A stretch of 64,000 bases of DNA from Podarcis melisellensis (Eukaryota), in assembly GCA_964234715.1 (NCBI GenBank), contig OZ174290.1. One strand, 5' to 3'. The position numbers and the translations under genes are program-made. The notes beneath the pieces are model-generated. The model was given only the letters and a program-made list of their open reading frames with translations, was not told the origin of the DNA and did no database searches. Position 1 is the stretch's first letter. The number at the start of each line of letters is the position of its first letter. Shown here in pieces: positions 49,811 through 61,840 of the stretch.

Positions 49811-52800
49811 GATAATAAACCTAAAGAACAATAGCACCATACGTACACCCATTCACCATCAGCACCTCGGTTTTCACTCCTTAACAAGATATGTCTGTAG
49901 CCACTTTTCCAAGTTATCACCATCGGTATAACATACATTTCAGCATTATCACTGCGCATTTGGGGAGTTCCTGCCTCCATTCTTCTGAAATATATATATG
50001 ACTTACACGTTATTCCCTGAGCAGTGACAATATTTGGCTGTTTAGATATTTGACCTTAGTTGCACAGTGGCTGCATTTCATTTGAAGATCTTCTAAAATC
50101 AGTAACCATGGAGACCAAGTTCAGACAAGTTCCACGTACAAACCTCCCCCCCCCCCCTGTCAGTCAAGACAGATTCCCAGAGCATGTTATACAATGATTA
50201 TAATGTATCACAAGATAGATAGGTGTCCTTTAGGGGGAAAATAAAATTCAGAAGGGACAAGAGGCTTAGGCAAGCAGCAAGGAAAGTGTCTAAGGTCCCT
50301 GGGGTGTCTATAGATGCCATTCTGTGGGCCTCAAACATAGGATATTAGCAATTCATGTGTGCGTGTATGGCATGGACTCTGGTGCTTAGCTTGTCCTTCC
50401 CCAAAAAGGGGCCAAAATGAGATGTAGGTAGACTCAGGGGCGCACCGATCATAAAAATTTCACCACAGACATAGTTTAGCCATTGTAATGATTAGATAAG
50501 GGACTTAAACCAGTTCGCTGTTATTTAGACCTCTAAAGTAAAACAAAGCATGAACCTGTCTTCCAAGGATGAGATGGCAAAGCGATGTTACTTTTATAGC
50601 GATTAGTATCCAGATTCTTAAAGTATAAAAGTGCAATTGCTCTGTCATCTCAATAGATGGTTTGGGGCCATGGACTTTTATACCACAATAAATATTTCAG
50701 TTTCATGGTACCTTAAAGACTCTGCTGCATTTACAAATAAGATTCCCAGAGAACAGTAGCAAAAAAACTAAGCAAGGTATTCATTTGCTAGTGATTAATT
50801 AAGGGACATCAGTACAACAAGCCCAAGGGGAAGAATTCCAAACAACTAGAAGCCTTCAGCCAAAGTACTGGCTTGTTAGTTCAAATCAATATAGGAAATT
50901 CAGCATCATCCACAGTTTTGTCCTTGCTGTTCCCTTAGTGTTGCCAGGGTCACAATGCTGCAGTATCAACAGAAGTCACTTCTGGCAGAATACTCCAGGC
51001 CCAGGGGATCTAAACTCTAGAAACCCTATGCCCCCTTGGTGCAGTTCTCCAAATGCCCCCTTGCCCATCTGATTTCTTTCTGCATATAGCCTCTTTGGTC
51101 TCCAACTTCTTTCAACTTCAGTTTTTGGTTGCTAACAGCAAAGGTCTACTTGGTCTCACTTTAACTCCTTTTCTCTTGATCAGCCTACTTAGCACACGCT
51201 CCTCCAGATTTTAAAAATGTTTCCCTGCTGCAAACCTCTCCATTTGACTCAGTTCTCTGTTCCCTCAGGCCCCTTCCTCCCACCAAATTATATTGTGTAC
51301 TGAACTTTCTCCCACATTTCCCTCCCTTCATTTCCTACTGTGTACTTAGCCCACTTACCTCTATCCTGTCCAGCTTTCTGATCTCCTGGAACTTCTTCCC
51401 AGTCCTCTGTGAGGGTTTTCATCTTAGGGAAACCCAACACAAAGTGGTTGCTGTTAGCAGACACACATATTTCTCCTGGGACACCTAAACTTGCTCTTGA
51501 TAAAATTTTGATTTCATTCTCCTTTTTAAAAGCACAGTTTGCAAAATTCAGCCATTATAAGCCCAATACCACATCGGAAAGCAGTGGGTAGTCATCTCCA
51601 TTACTCAGTCGCTTTTACAACCTTTTCCTTGTAATTTATTCTTGCTGCTTGCTAGAGCTTAAGTTATATATTTTTATGAATGTTAGCCACAGACATCTAC
51701 TCTTTGTGTGAATTCACCCTGCTTGACATAAATAGCTTGTGTTTATAGTGCAAGTACCTCAGCTCAGGGGACCTACTTCACAAAATTGAATCTAATTGCC
51801 ACTTCAGTACACAAGAAAGGCGAACAACCCGTCCAAAGCAGCAAGCTACAACCTTTTTACAAGAGGAGACCTCAAAGAACTGAACAATCAGAACAGTAAA
51901 TTCACATTCACAACACAAGGACAAGATGGGGTGCAATAGCAGATAAAATTAAGCGGTGCAAGGCCTACCCAATGAATAGGGAAGTCTACAGCCATTAATA
52001 TGCTATTTTAGGCACCATTCTTTACTGACAAGAGATAAAATTGTTATATATATGGTAAACTCTAACATGTCCTTGCCTCTAGTTTAGCAGAGAAATGCCC
52101 AGTTCAGCCATGAAGACCTAATAAGTTAGCTTGGGTAAGGCAGCCCCCCTCAGTGTCCTTCCAAGAAGGCACTTGATGCTGCACTTGAATTAACACCACT
52201 CCATACTACTTTGGATATTACAAGAGGTGTCAACAACTCAGTAATGTGGAGAGGAATGTTTTCCAAAATGGAAAATTATCCATTCTTTTATTTTTCCACA
52301 GAAAATTTTCCATTTCTTAAGTCCATCAGTTAATGATGAGCAGGTGTCAACTGAAAATACAATTGCAGTTTCCACATTTTTAGCATTGTTTACTAAATAC
52401 ATGTCAAATAAATATTCCAAATTAGATCACTCTCTAATTCAAAAAAAATCTAGAAAAACTACATCACTTCAGGAACAAATTTACAGGGTTTCTAATAACT
52501 TTCCCTACACTTTCAGCATACGAGTCCCGTATAACTTGAGACCAAGCAAGTCAAATGAAGCACAAGAGCCATGTATGGTGGTCTACCAGAGGCTCAGTCA
52601 AAGTCTAGCTTTTGCTGCCAGGGACTATAAAATCAATAGGATTCGTCAAGTACCTGCCAAGTCACAGTACATAGCTTACAGACTAAGTAAGTGAGGAGCT
52701 ACATTTAATCATGTTCCTCGCAAGCAACTAAACACTTTTCCAGTAAATTTCAGAAGAAATGTTAACATCATAAGGCCAGCCTTAATCATAATTTGCAAAC

Positions 52801-53242
52801 TGAATGTGTAGCCTAATAAGTACTTTTAAACAATCCAAAATAATGTGGCATTCATATCTCTGGATGAGACATTGTCTTCAGTAATAAATATTCAAGTGTG
52901 GATTATGCTTACACAATGGTGTATTTATGGAAAATGAGCTTAACAATGGAATTACTGAGTACAAGAACTAGATGATACATACACACACCACTAGCTTAAA
53001 GTGACTTACTCATGTCACAGCCTGATATTTACTATATTTGTTCTTCCATGTACTATGGAGTTTTAAATTAGAATCCAGAGTTCTTCCAATTGATTTTCTT
53101 GCCTTATGTGTACACAGACTAATCCTTTAAGCAAACTCTTCCTCACAATTTCAGCCTCAGGTAGGTTAGACGGGGAAAGTAAAATCTACCAGGGTGCTGC
53201 AAAACTGCAGCCCCCCCCCCCAAATACACAACCTTCACTGAC

Positions 53243-53368
53243 AGAATCATAGAATTGTAGAGTTGAAAGGGACCCTAAGAGTCATGAAGTCCAACCCCCT
53301 AGGTGGGCTTGAACCAACAACCTTCTGGTTAACAGTCAGAAACACTGACCCATTATGCTACAGGAGGG
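53243..53368 (-). mobile_element. Short SINE: tRNA-Asn(GTT)-like head fused to CR1 3' tail
   Basis: Minus strand ctcctgtagcataatgggtcagtgtttctgacTGTTAAccagaaggttgttggttcaagcccacctagggg, then gttggacttcatgactcttagggtccctttcaactctacaattctatgattct. Confidence 0.75.
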
Positions 53369-54205
53369 CTCAGTTAATCATTTCTAGTTCTAAAGTTGCC
53401 CATTAGTTTAATTTGAACATTTCATTTTATAAGGTCATTGTGCAATAAAATGCCACAAAATAAAGTGACTAAGGGTTGCAATCCCGACATCACTTACCTG
53501 GAAGTAAACCTCATTGAATTTAAAAGAACTTACTTCTTAAAAGGCATGAGTAGGACTGTGTTGTGAATTATTGTTGGCAAAGCATTCATTTAAGGTAGCC
53601 CAGACCAAGAATGAAACATTTAAGAAAGGGTTTAATATTATTAAACAGGAGTAATCCACATTAAGAAAAAATCAGTGCAAATGTCTTGGGTCCCCATCTC
53701 CCCCACCCCCAGCAAGGTAAGTTACTGTCACAGACTTCCTTTCTTGTTCCAAGCCAGAGAGCCAAGCAAAAATGGCATAGAATAGAAGCATGGCCTGGAG
53801 AAGGGGAATAGCCTAGGAAGGGTCCCAAGGACCACATTTGGTTCGCAGGCCTAAAGTTCCCTGCCCCGTTCAAAGTAAAGCTAGGAGATCACTGATTTTA
53901 TTTGAAAACAGAAGAGATGTTGAGTAACTACTACAGATGTGTAGTAAATACAGAGACCCTCTAACAAGACTCCATGTTGATACTCAATGGAAGCCTCTGC
54001 AAGTTATCGTTGTCTTTTTAGATTCAGGACTAGGCCATGATACTGGAACTGAACACGGTTCAACCTTGGGCAGTGGAAAGGACATTTAAAGAAACCGTAA
54101 CTGTCCAAATTCTTTTTGTATTCCTCACACCCATACTTGAGAGCTAAGACATTCTGTCTGGGCTGCTTAGTGCATTTGTGATACAGCTATAAAGCAAGAT
54201 CATCC

Positions 54206-54515
54206 CAGGGTTCAAAATTAGCAGAGCGCCGGGCGTATTTTGCACCTAAAGTTTCTCCATTTGCGAGCACCTCAAAATGTCTGGGTGTCATTTTTTGCAC
54301 CTGACTGACACTCAAGGATTACTCAAATGTATGTGATTTGAAGCCTCAAAGTATATGTTAGGGATAGACAATACGTTAAGGAGTTTAACAATAAAGAATA
54401 TAGTGTTGCCGACCCGCCTCCCCAGTGGTGACTAGACATTCTGTTTTTGGTGCCCACAACCCAGGTCCCAGAAGTCATTTGGGTCCTAGCTTTTCTACCC
54501 CTGTTTCTAACCCTG
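54206..54515. mobile_element. hAT-type element, same end family as 31514-31906
   Basis: TIRs CAGGGTTCAAAA / TTTCTAACCCTG, TSD gatcatcc/gatcaccc, subterminal ggcgtattttgcacc. Confidence 0.8.
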
Positions 54516-56519
54516 GATCACCCCAATCCCAACACATAAAAACCAACATTGTGGGAGTTGTCCGCAGTCATAAAGCACCTGCTGCCCACAGCACTCTGCT
54601 TGAAACTATATTAGTCACTGGGTCATGAAAAAAGGGATCAGCAAGTGCTAGCTGCTAACTCAGAGAGCTGTGTAGCAAATTTAGTACTAGTGGCAATGGG
54701 AGCTACTTTGAGGTATGGTGCAGTGCATGCAGGCCCACTGTCTTCTTTCCCTCCTCAAAGAAAACACCTAAAGTCCCTTGTTGACCAGGGACTCTATAAA
54801 ACTTTACCTATAGCCATACAGTTTATCCAAACGTTTTCACAAGGAGGGAATGGGGCACATTTAAATACTTCAATCAATATACGTGTTGTGGGGAGGGGGA
54901 CAGAATGCACAAGAATGAACTCAAAAGGGAGGGAGAAATCACATTTGAAATATAAATACCTCATGAAAAACTAATTTTGGTTCCCAATATAGTTACAAGC
55001 TGTTCAGCTATAACATTTGCAGAAGAACTGAAACAAATATTGGATTCTGTCTCACTTCTGTGTGTACTGCCAACATACAATTACCCAGACACAAACAATA
55101 TCAAGACCTGAAAGCGATGTACTAGAACAAAACAATCAGGTTAGTCATAAGACTGTCCTGGACAATTTTCCCCGAACACTGACTCATCAAAAGAGACTTG
55201 TCTACAACCCCTGGAAAGAATTTTGGGGGGTGGGAGAAATGAAGAAACAAATGAGGCCTTCCACATGTCTCCATTCTTAAAGTTTGCAACTAGAATAACA
55301 TGCTTGCAGTTTAACAGATCAACACTTCGTTGTATGACTTGACAGTAGGCAGCAAGAGCTTGTAAAACAAAGTAACTTAAGTTAACATACTAGTCTTTGT
55401 TCATAAAAACCCAAATATTTCAGAATTCGTCTTCTGAATGTTTAGGCCAGTTTGCTATTAATCAAGGCAGCAGAAGTACAGTGTGTTGTATTCAGTGTAA
55501 ACCCTACTCAGAGCAGACCCATTGAAATTAATAGGTATGGCTGAGTTCATTAATTTCTTTAAGTCTACTCTGAGTACGATGAAACTAAGCATCTGCTATG
55601 AGAGACTCTAGAAATCATGCTGCTCCTTATTCAGCCTTTTGCATGAATGTTGTTTGAAACTGGTTCGTGACTCAAACAACTGATGCCATTGTCTAAGAAG
55701 CTGCAGTGTCCCCAACCTAGAAATGATTCTTTCTAGGATTAAGGCATGCAATGAATACCTTTCCAGTTTGCATTCGTATACTTAAAGGCATTATATACCT
55801 GATTTATTCAGCAAGGCTGGTGGGGGACACTGAATTTCTGTACCTGAAATAGGCTTCCAATGTTCATTATGTAAAAACTTGCAAACAGGCAAACACAGCT
55901 TTTCAATTAGGTCACATTTATGTTAAATGGGATACTGATCTATCCTTGTAGGATGATGATGGAAGTCACAGCCCCCAAGGAATTTAAACAGGGCATTCCT
56001 TGAATACCAGGACAGCCTCATAAGAATGTGGCATGAATAATTCTTAAATAGCACAGCCATCAGAATTAGGTTCAATATATACACTGCTTTATCATGTGCT
56101 CATTGAGGCGCTGCACCATTTGCCTCAGGCACTCCCATGGTTTCCCTCCAAGCAACAGAGGATCAAGCTGACAGACTCAGTTAGTCAGGAAATCTCTGTT
56201 CATCTGCACTAGATGTGCCAGACAAAAGTACTTGCTACACCATCATACAGACAGACAGAAATTCAACACAGCGATTTAGTTTTAAAGTAGTACTCCATGG
56301 GTTTGTCTGCAGGCATTTAAATAGTTGCTACTTGTGCTAACCTCAAATTTAGTAGCATCTATTCTAAACACAGGAATTCATGAAGACATCACAGCAAGAT
56401 CTGTCTTCAACTTTGAAGTATCGAAGTACTTGGTAGGGCTGTCAGATGAAATATTGCTTCAGAAAATCTGCACTGCTTTTTAATGCAATACTGTATCAAA
56501 TAGCTATGGCTTTTTTTCT

Positions 56520-57010
56520 TATAAGTTTTCTTACCTGCCCTTCACCAGAGGCAGGTTACAACAATATAATGTACAACTATAAAAACAAATAAAACCATTC
56601 CAAGTATAAAACAAGGAAAACCATTCCAAATAGATCAGAACAGTATAAATTCAACAAATAACTGTACCCCACAAAACACCTTACCTGTCAAAACCAGAAA
56701 AAAGATGTGCATATTCAGCATATAGTAAAATTGTACTGTACAATGAAGATGCTAGACACACCTGTGTGTGGAAGAAACTCCACAAGCAAAGTCTGCCACA
56801 GGGAAAGCCCCCTCCCAGGACACCAACCCCAGAACCTCTGGAGGGTGGAGGAACTATCAGCAGAAACCCCTCTGAAGATCTCAACTTCAGAGAAGGTGGA
56901 TAGGGATGCAGACAGTCTTTCAGACAGGCTTTAAACACTAATATAAGCACCTTTAACTGGGCTCATAAATAAATTGGCATCCAGTGCAGCTGTTTTATAA
57001 CACAAGGTTT
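56520..57010 (-). mobile_element. L2-like LINE 3' fragment
   Basis: Minus-strand peptide LILVFKA..LKDCLHPYPPSLKLRSSEGFLLIVPP is typical of the L2 ORF2 end, followed by an AT-rich UTR. Confidence 0.7.
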
Positions 57011-59021
57011 GACTTGATATTCTTATTTCTTGCCCAATTTGCTTACAAAAATGTACACCCAATTATCTTCTCCTTGCTCACTTTTGCTTCCCTTTTTACC
57101 TTCTTCCAGGTCATTCCTTATCTTTCTACTTATCTGACTGAAAACAGAAGGCTGGATTTTCCATAATACCACAGAAAGGCAAGACTGTAACAGGAGCATA
57201 ATTTATTTATTAGAAGTCCCGTTACATTCTGATAGCTATATCATTCCTTTGGGTGCTATAAATTTTTTTTTTCAAATTTTCTGCTTTGCTCTAATTTTAA
57301 ATTTATTTATTCTTACAACATTCCTATATTATCTGTAATGATTAAAAAAATCATAAACTATTGGTATAGAACACAAACACCCAGGCTTCTACCCATTATT
57401 TAAAATTTGCAGTTAACAACTGGAAGAATGGAGAAAGAATTGTGCGGGGGGGGGGATACAAAATCGTCTCAGATGCCAATTCTGTGCCAATAGCACATAA
57501 TTGATCTTTTCCCAACACAGAAGTCACACAACACTATCAAATCATTGTTTTCCACAGCAAGAAGAAACTATAAATTAAGAGCTTGTTCACTGTTCTATTT
57601 CAAAACTGCTTTGAATAAAACTGTCACCAATGAGCAAACCAGTAACAGTGCTCTACCTTTAGTGACAGTTTTGTCATTCCCTTCTTACCATGTTAGAAAA
57701 TAGATCTAAAAATCAGGTAATCTGTAACAGGGAGAACATTTTCCAAACATCCAATATGAAATAGCATGTTACAACTTCAAGAAATGCACCAAGGAGAAAT
57801 AACCAATTTGAGCATATATGCAATATTTTTGGTCATCTGAAACAAAATAGCAGCACAAGCTGAACCTGAACAAAAACCAGTCTGAGAGCCTGCTTGCAAA
57901 TCAAGAATTATTAATGTAGCCTTTTTGGATTTGACTTCTTCGCTTTTTAAATAGTTACCGTAGTCTTCATGAGAAGCTTTGAAACTGATCATTTTGTTGC
58001 TCATTTCCCAGTTGTAGTAGCCCGCCTTATCCTCACTAAGAAATCAAAGGGACATGTTTATAGTTAAGTTCTTCCCCAACACCGCACCTCCTTGCTGCCT
58101 ACACTCTTGCTGCCACAAACACCCTATCTTCCCCAAGCCTATTTCTTCCTAGTACCGCATGGTAAGTGTAAAACTACTTTGTATAAAATAGATCAATTTT
58201 ATGGGGGTGATTGAGAATTGCATGCCTGGCAAACCTACTGTTAAAGCTTTAAACAAGGCAGCCCTCTAATCATTGAACTATAGAGCTTCTATACTTTAAT
58301 AAGCTAGCACTGGGATTTTATAGCTAGAATTAATATTACTACAATGGAACAAACTGCGTAATTCTAGTTCCCAGCAAGTGGGGCAAACTTTGTAACTCTC
58401 AGACATTCCAGTTCAATGGGTTTTTCTGTATCTTTCTGCAAGGCCTCTGACAGCTGAGAGAAAAGAAGGCAAGATCAACAAGCTGCCGTTTCACTCAAAG
58501 CCTACTGGGTTCAAGAGACAGAAAACGCGGCTTAAGCTATGGACAGCAGTTCTCAAACTCCTACCCTACATAACCCAGACCTGAATGTTTCTAGGAGCCT
58601 CGGAGACCCCCTTAATACGGGTGTCCTTTTTGTTTTTTACATTCTACAAATAAAAACATGTACATAACTCATGTTATCAACTTTCTTCCCTGCAGTCTAG
58701 GCACTGTCATCAAAGCCACCACCATATTATGAAAATCAAAGTCTCTAGGCCAGAGGCTTGTTATGCTGTTAAATAATGTGGCTGTGGTCAAAATCAAGAG
58801 CAGGGTCAAGTGCAGTTAATCTTAGCTGTCCAACAACCTTGCTCTGGACCACATAAATGAGTTGTGGCCAAGTAAGTTTTACTCAGAGTAAAACAAATGG
58901 ACCCAAATTAGTCACTGCCATTATTCGTAATGGGTCTAGGCCGAGTATGACTAATACTTGATACAGCTCTCTGTGCACCCACAAAGAACAATGGCCATTT
59001 TCACTCCACAGGTAGATCTTG

Positions 59022-59055
59022 CCAACATATTCTCTCAACCAACATATTCTCTCAA
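59022..59055. repeat. Tandem duplication of 17 bp
   Basis: caacatattctctcaac repeated twice. Confidence 0.85.
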
Positions 59056-59801
59056 CATGTGCATGCTGTCCATTAGGAAGCACTGCTTCAACAGTAGTAG
59101 CAAAAGAAAGACCAAGCCCTCCCAGGAAAGACTCCTCTGGACTAAACTGAGGGCAGTGAATGTTCAGGTCTGAGAATAAATGATGCTTCAGGCACAGTTC
59201 TTCCCACAGACAGCTAGCTGACTTGATAACACTTAGAAGGAATACCATGCTGGGAATGTTCTCATCCCACTGTTCAGTTGCCCTTCCCATTATCCTGAGG
59301 GGACTTCTAACCATAGAAAGGATGAGTTCTCAAAAGTTCCATAGGAGGTATTTGGTTCCAGTAAAGGTAGAAAAAAAATATGCTGAAAAAAGAAAAAGAA
59401 CTCTGGGATAGCTACATTTTCCTTTGCTGCAACTGGCTCTTCTGTAAAACTAAAGCAATTATAATCTGAAAGTGGAGACAATGTACGTATTTCTGTAAAC
59501 CAAGAAAACCTTTAATAAAAACAATTAAAAAACCTAAATCAAGCTAGGATATTATTATTATTTGTAATCCAAGTCCATGTAATAATAATATTTAAAAAGG
59601 TGTGTAATGCTGAGCAACTTTTCTGCAAGCACCCAAAGCTGCTTAAATTAATTCAAAAAATATGTTTAGCAGATGCTTGCAAGGCAAGGGGAGCTACTCT
59701 TCACCAATCTACCTCTCAAAGACTATTTACATATTGACTAACACCCATGAAATCTGATGATCTGCCCTTACTCAAGCATATTTTTGCAAACAATATTAGG
59801 G

Positions 59802-59975
59802 AGGAGACCGTAGCTGAGTAGTAGAGCACACACACTTTGCATGCGAAAGATCTCAAATTCGATACCCAGCATGTCAAGTTAAAAGGATCAGGTAGCAAGT
59901 AACAGAAAAGACCTGCCTGCGATCCTGGAAAGTCACTACTAGTCAGAGAAGACAAAATTCAGCTAGATGGACATA
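59802..59975 (+). mobile_element. Decayed tRNA-derived SINE (Squam2-like)
   Basis: gtagctgagtagtagagca A box, ttgcatgc anticodon arm, ttcgataccc B box, body ending cagctagatggac. Reverse-strand remnants of similar sequence lie near 6700-6790, 10700-10830, 19325-19370 and 44720-44840. Confidence 0.65.
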
Positions 59976-61614
59976 GCCTGGCCGTTTGCTAGGTCCTTAA
60001 ATTAAATCAAACTTCAGTTAGTTTTTAAATTCCTGATCTACCGTGGAATCTTCCCATACTGCAATATGGCCACCATGCTTTCATTGTGCAACTTAATCAA
60101 CTAGAAGTTTACCCAGAATCCTGAACTGATGTGTCTTGGCTAGAAATGTCATTATTCAGCATTTTTAAACCATATTGACTTTTAAAGTGCCAGATCAGAG
60201 GGCAATTCTCTACAGGGAGCTCTGTACTGAAAGGAACTTTATGTGCTACAGAGCTTCTACTTCATGGTTTGACTAAGGATATGTTACTATTACTCTCCAC
60301 AGAATACTGGGCGCTATCCAACTAACTTGTACTTGGAGAAAAGCATTGAAACTAATAAGTATAAATTAGGCGTGTCCTATAATTTCAGTGGGTCCACACT
60401 TAGGACTAACTCTGAGTACAGCCCATTGTGTCATGCACAATGCTTAAAACCTGTTTTCTGTTCCCAACAGAGAACAACTTGCCTTCTGAAACAACAAGAC
60501 TCCCTAAAACAAACACTGGTTCTTCATCAGCCCACCAGTGACATAACTAAAGCAGGTCTGTGGGAGAGTTTCACAAGAACCATTAGCATTTCCCCCCTAC
60601 CAAACTCTGGAAGACTCCTCTTTTAAATGGGAATACTTTGGAGAATACGGTATGTTTTTCAAAAGCTCTTCACAGTCTAGCTATCAACACTAGACTGCTT
60701 TGGTTAAGAGTCAGGATTTACAGTAACATGGCATTCAGGGAAAGCTACCAATAACACTTTTAAAAGACACAGGCATGAACTCTCTGCCTCACTTTCAGCA
60801 AGCAACTGAGATTGAGGATTCTGAGCCAATTAAACAATGGACTGTCAATTCAGTGGAGACCTTAGTTACAGCACTGTTAAATTCTTGCTGTTACATTATT
60901 AAAGTTCCCCACTTTTCACCAAGCTTTTATAAATTCAGTGGCTAGTAAATGAACCCAACACATGCTTACTTGTTGTCAGTTTATTCTGAACCACACAAAA
61001 TGTAAGAGACTAGTTTATAATGCTGTTAAATCCACTGGGATTCTCTTACTGCCTAAGCAACTGAATTACCATTGCCTCAAAATCCACATGTAGCCAAAAG
61101 GGAGGTGATATCTGTCAATGATAGCCAAGTTATCCTGCAAAGCCAAGCAAAAAGAGCAAGAGAACACAATGGGGCACATGAACAATCAACAGTAACAGCA
61201 GACTATGTATGAAAGTCTGCCAAGACATCATGCTTTAACAGCTTATGGCTGATGAACTATATCAGTGAACTGGAAAAACAGAAGTCAGCCTGCATCAAAG
61301 AGGCTATGAACACCAGCCATTTCAACTACAACCTAAAAGGCTACAATGAGGATACCACATTCTCAGACCACATTCTAAATAATTGGGTTCAACATTATCC
61401 TAAAATCGCTCAATGGGGAAGAACATTCCCTCAAGCCTCTCATTTAATTTTCCACATTCCCACTTCCCCCAATTGGTAGCAAAATGGAAGAAGCAGAGAA
61501 AAAAGACAATTTGCATCATATTGTGCATTCTAAAACTCCTTAATAAGACAGAAAGCATTCAGCATGGACCAAGTATCTGCATAAATTGGCACCCCTTCAT
61601 TTGGCTTAGAATTA

Positions 61615-61840
61615 CAGAGGTACCTCGGGTTTTGTACTTAATTCGTTCCAGAGGTCCGTACTTAACCTGAAACTGTTCTTAACCTGAAGCACCACTTTAG
61701 CAAATGGGGCCTCCTCCTGCTGCCACACTGCCGGAGCACAATTTCTGTTCTCATCCTGAAGCGAAGTACTTAACCTGAAGCACTATTTCTGGGTTAGCAG
61801 AGTCTGTAACCTGAAGCGTATGTAACCCGAGATACCACTG
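61615..61840. mobile_element. Tigger/pogo-like MITE, TIRs related to the 47.5-48.0 kb pair
   Basis: TA-CAGAGGTACCTCGGGTT ... AACCCGAGATACCACTG-TA, with repeated ttaacctgaa motifs. Confidence 0.88.

Noticed and set aside
53296-53368. Functional tRNA-Asn gene
   Set aside because: Multiple stem mismatches, fusion to a CR1 tail and no oligo-T terminator. It is SINE-derived.
58883-59314. 143-aa ORF
   Set aside because: No recognisable motif. It includes a 17-bp tandem duplication and is probably a decayed repeat or a chance ORF.
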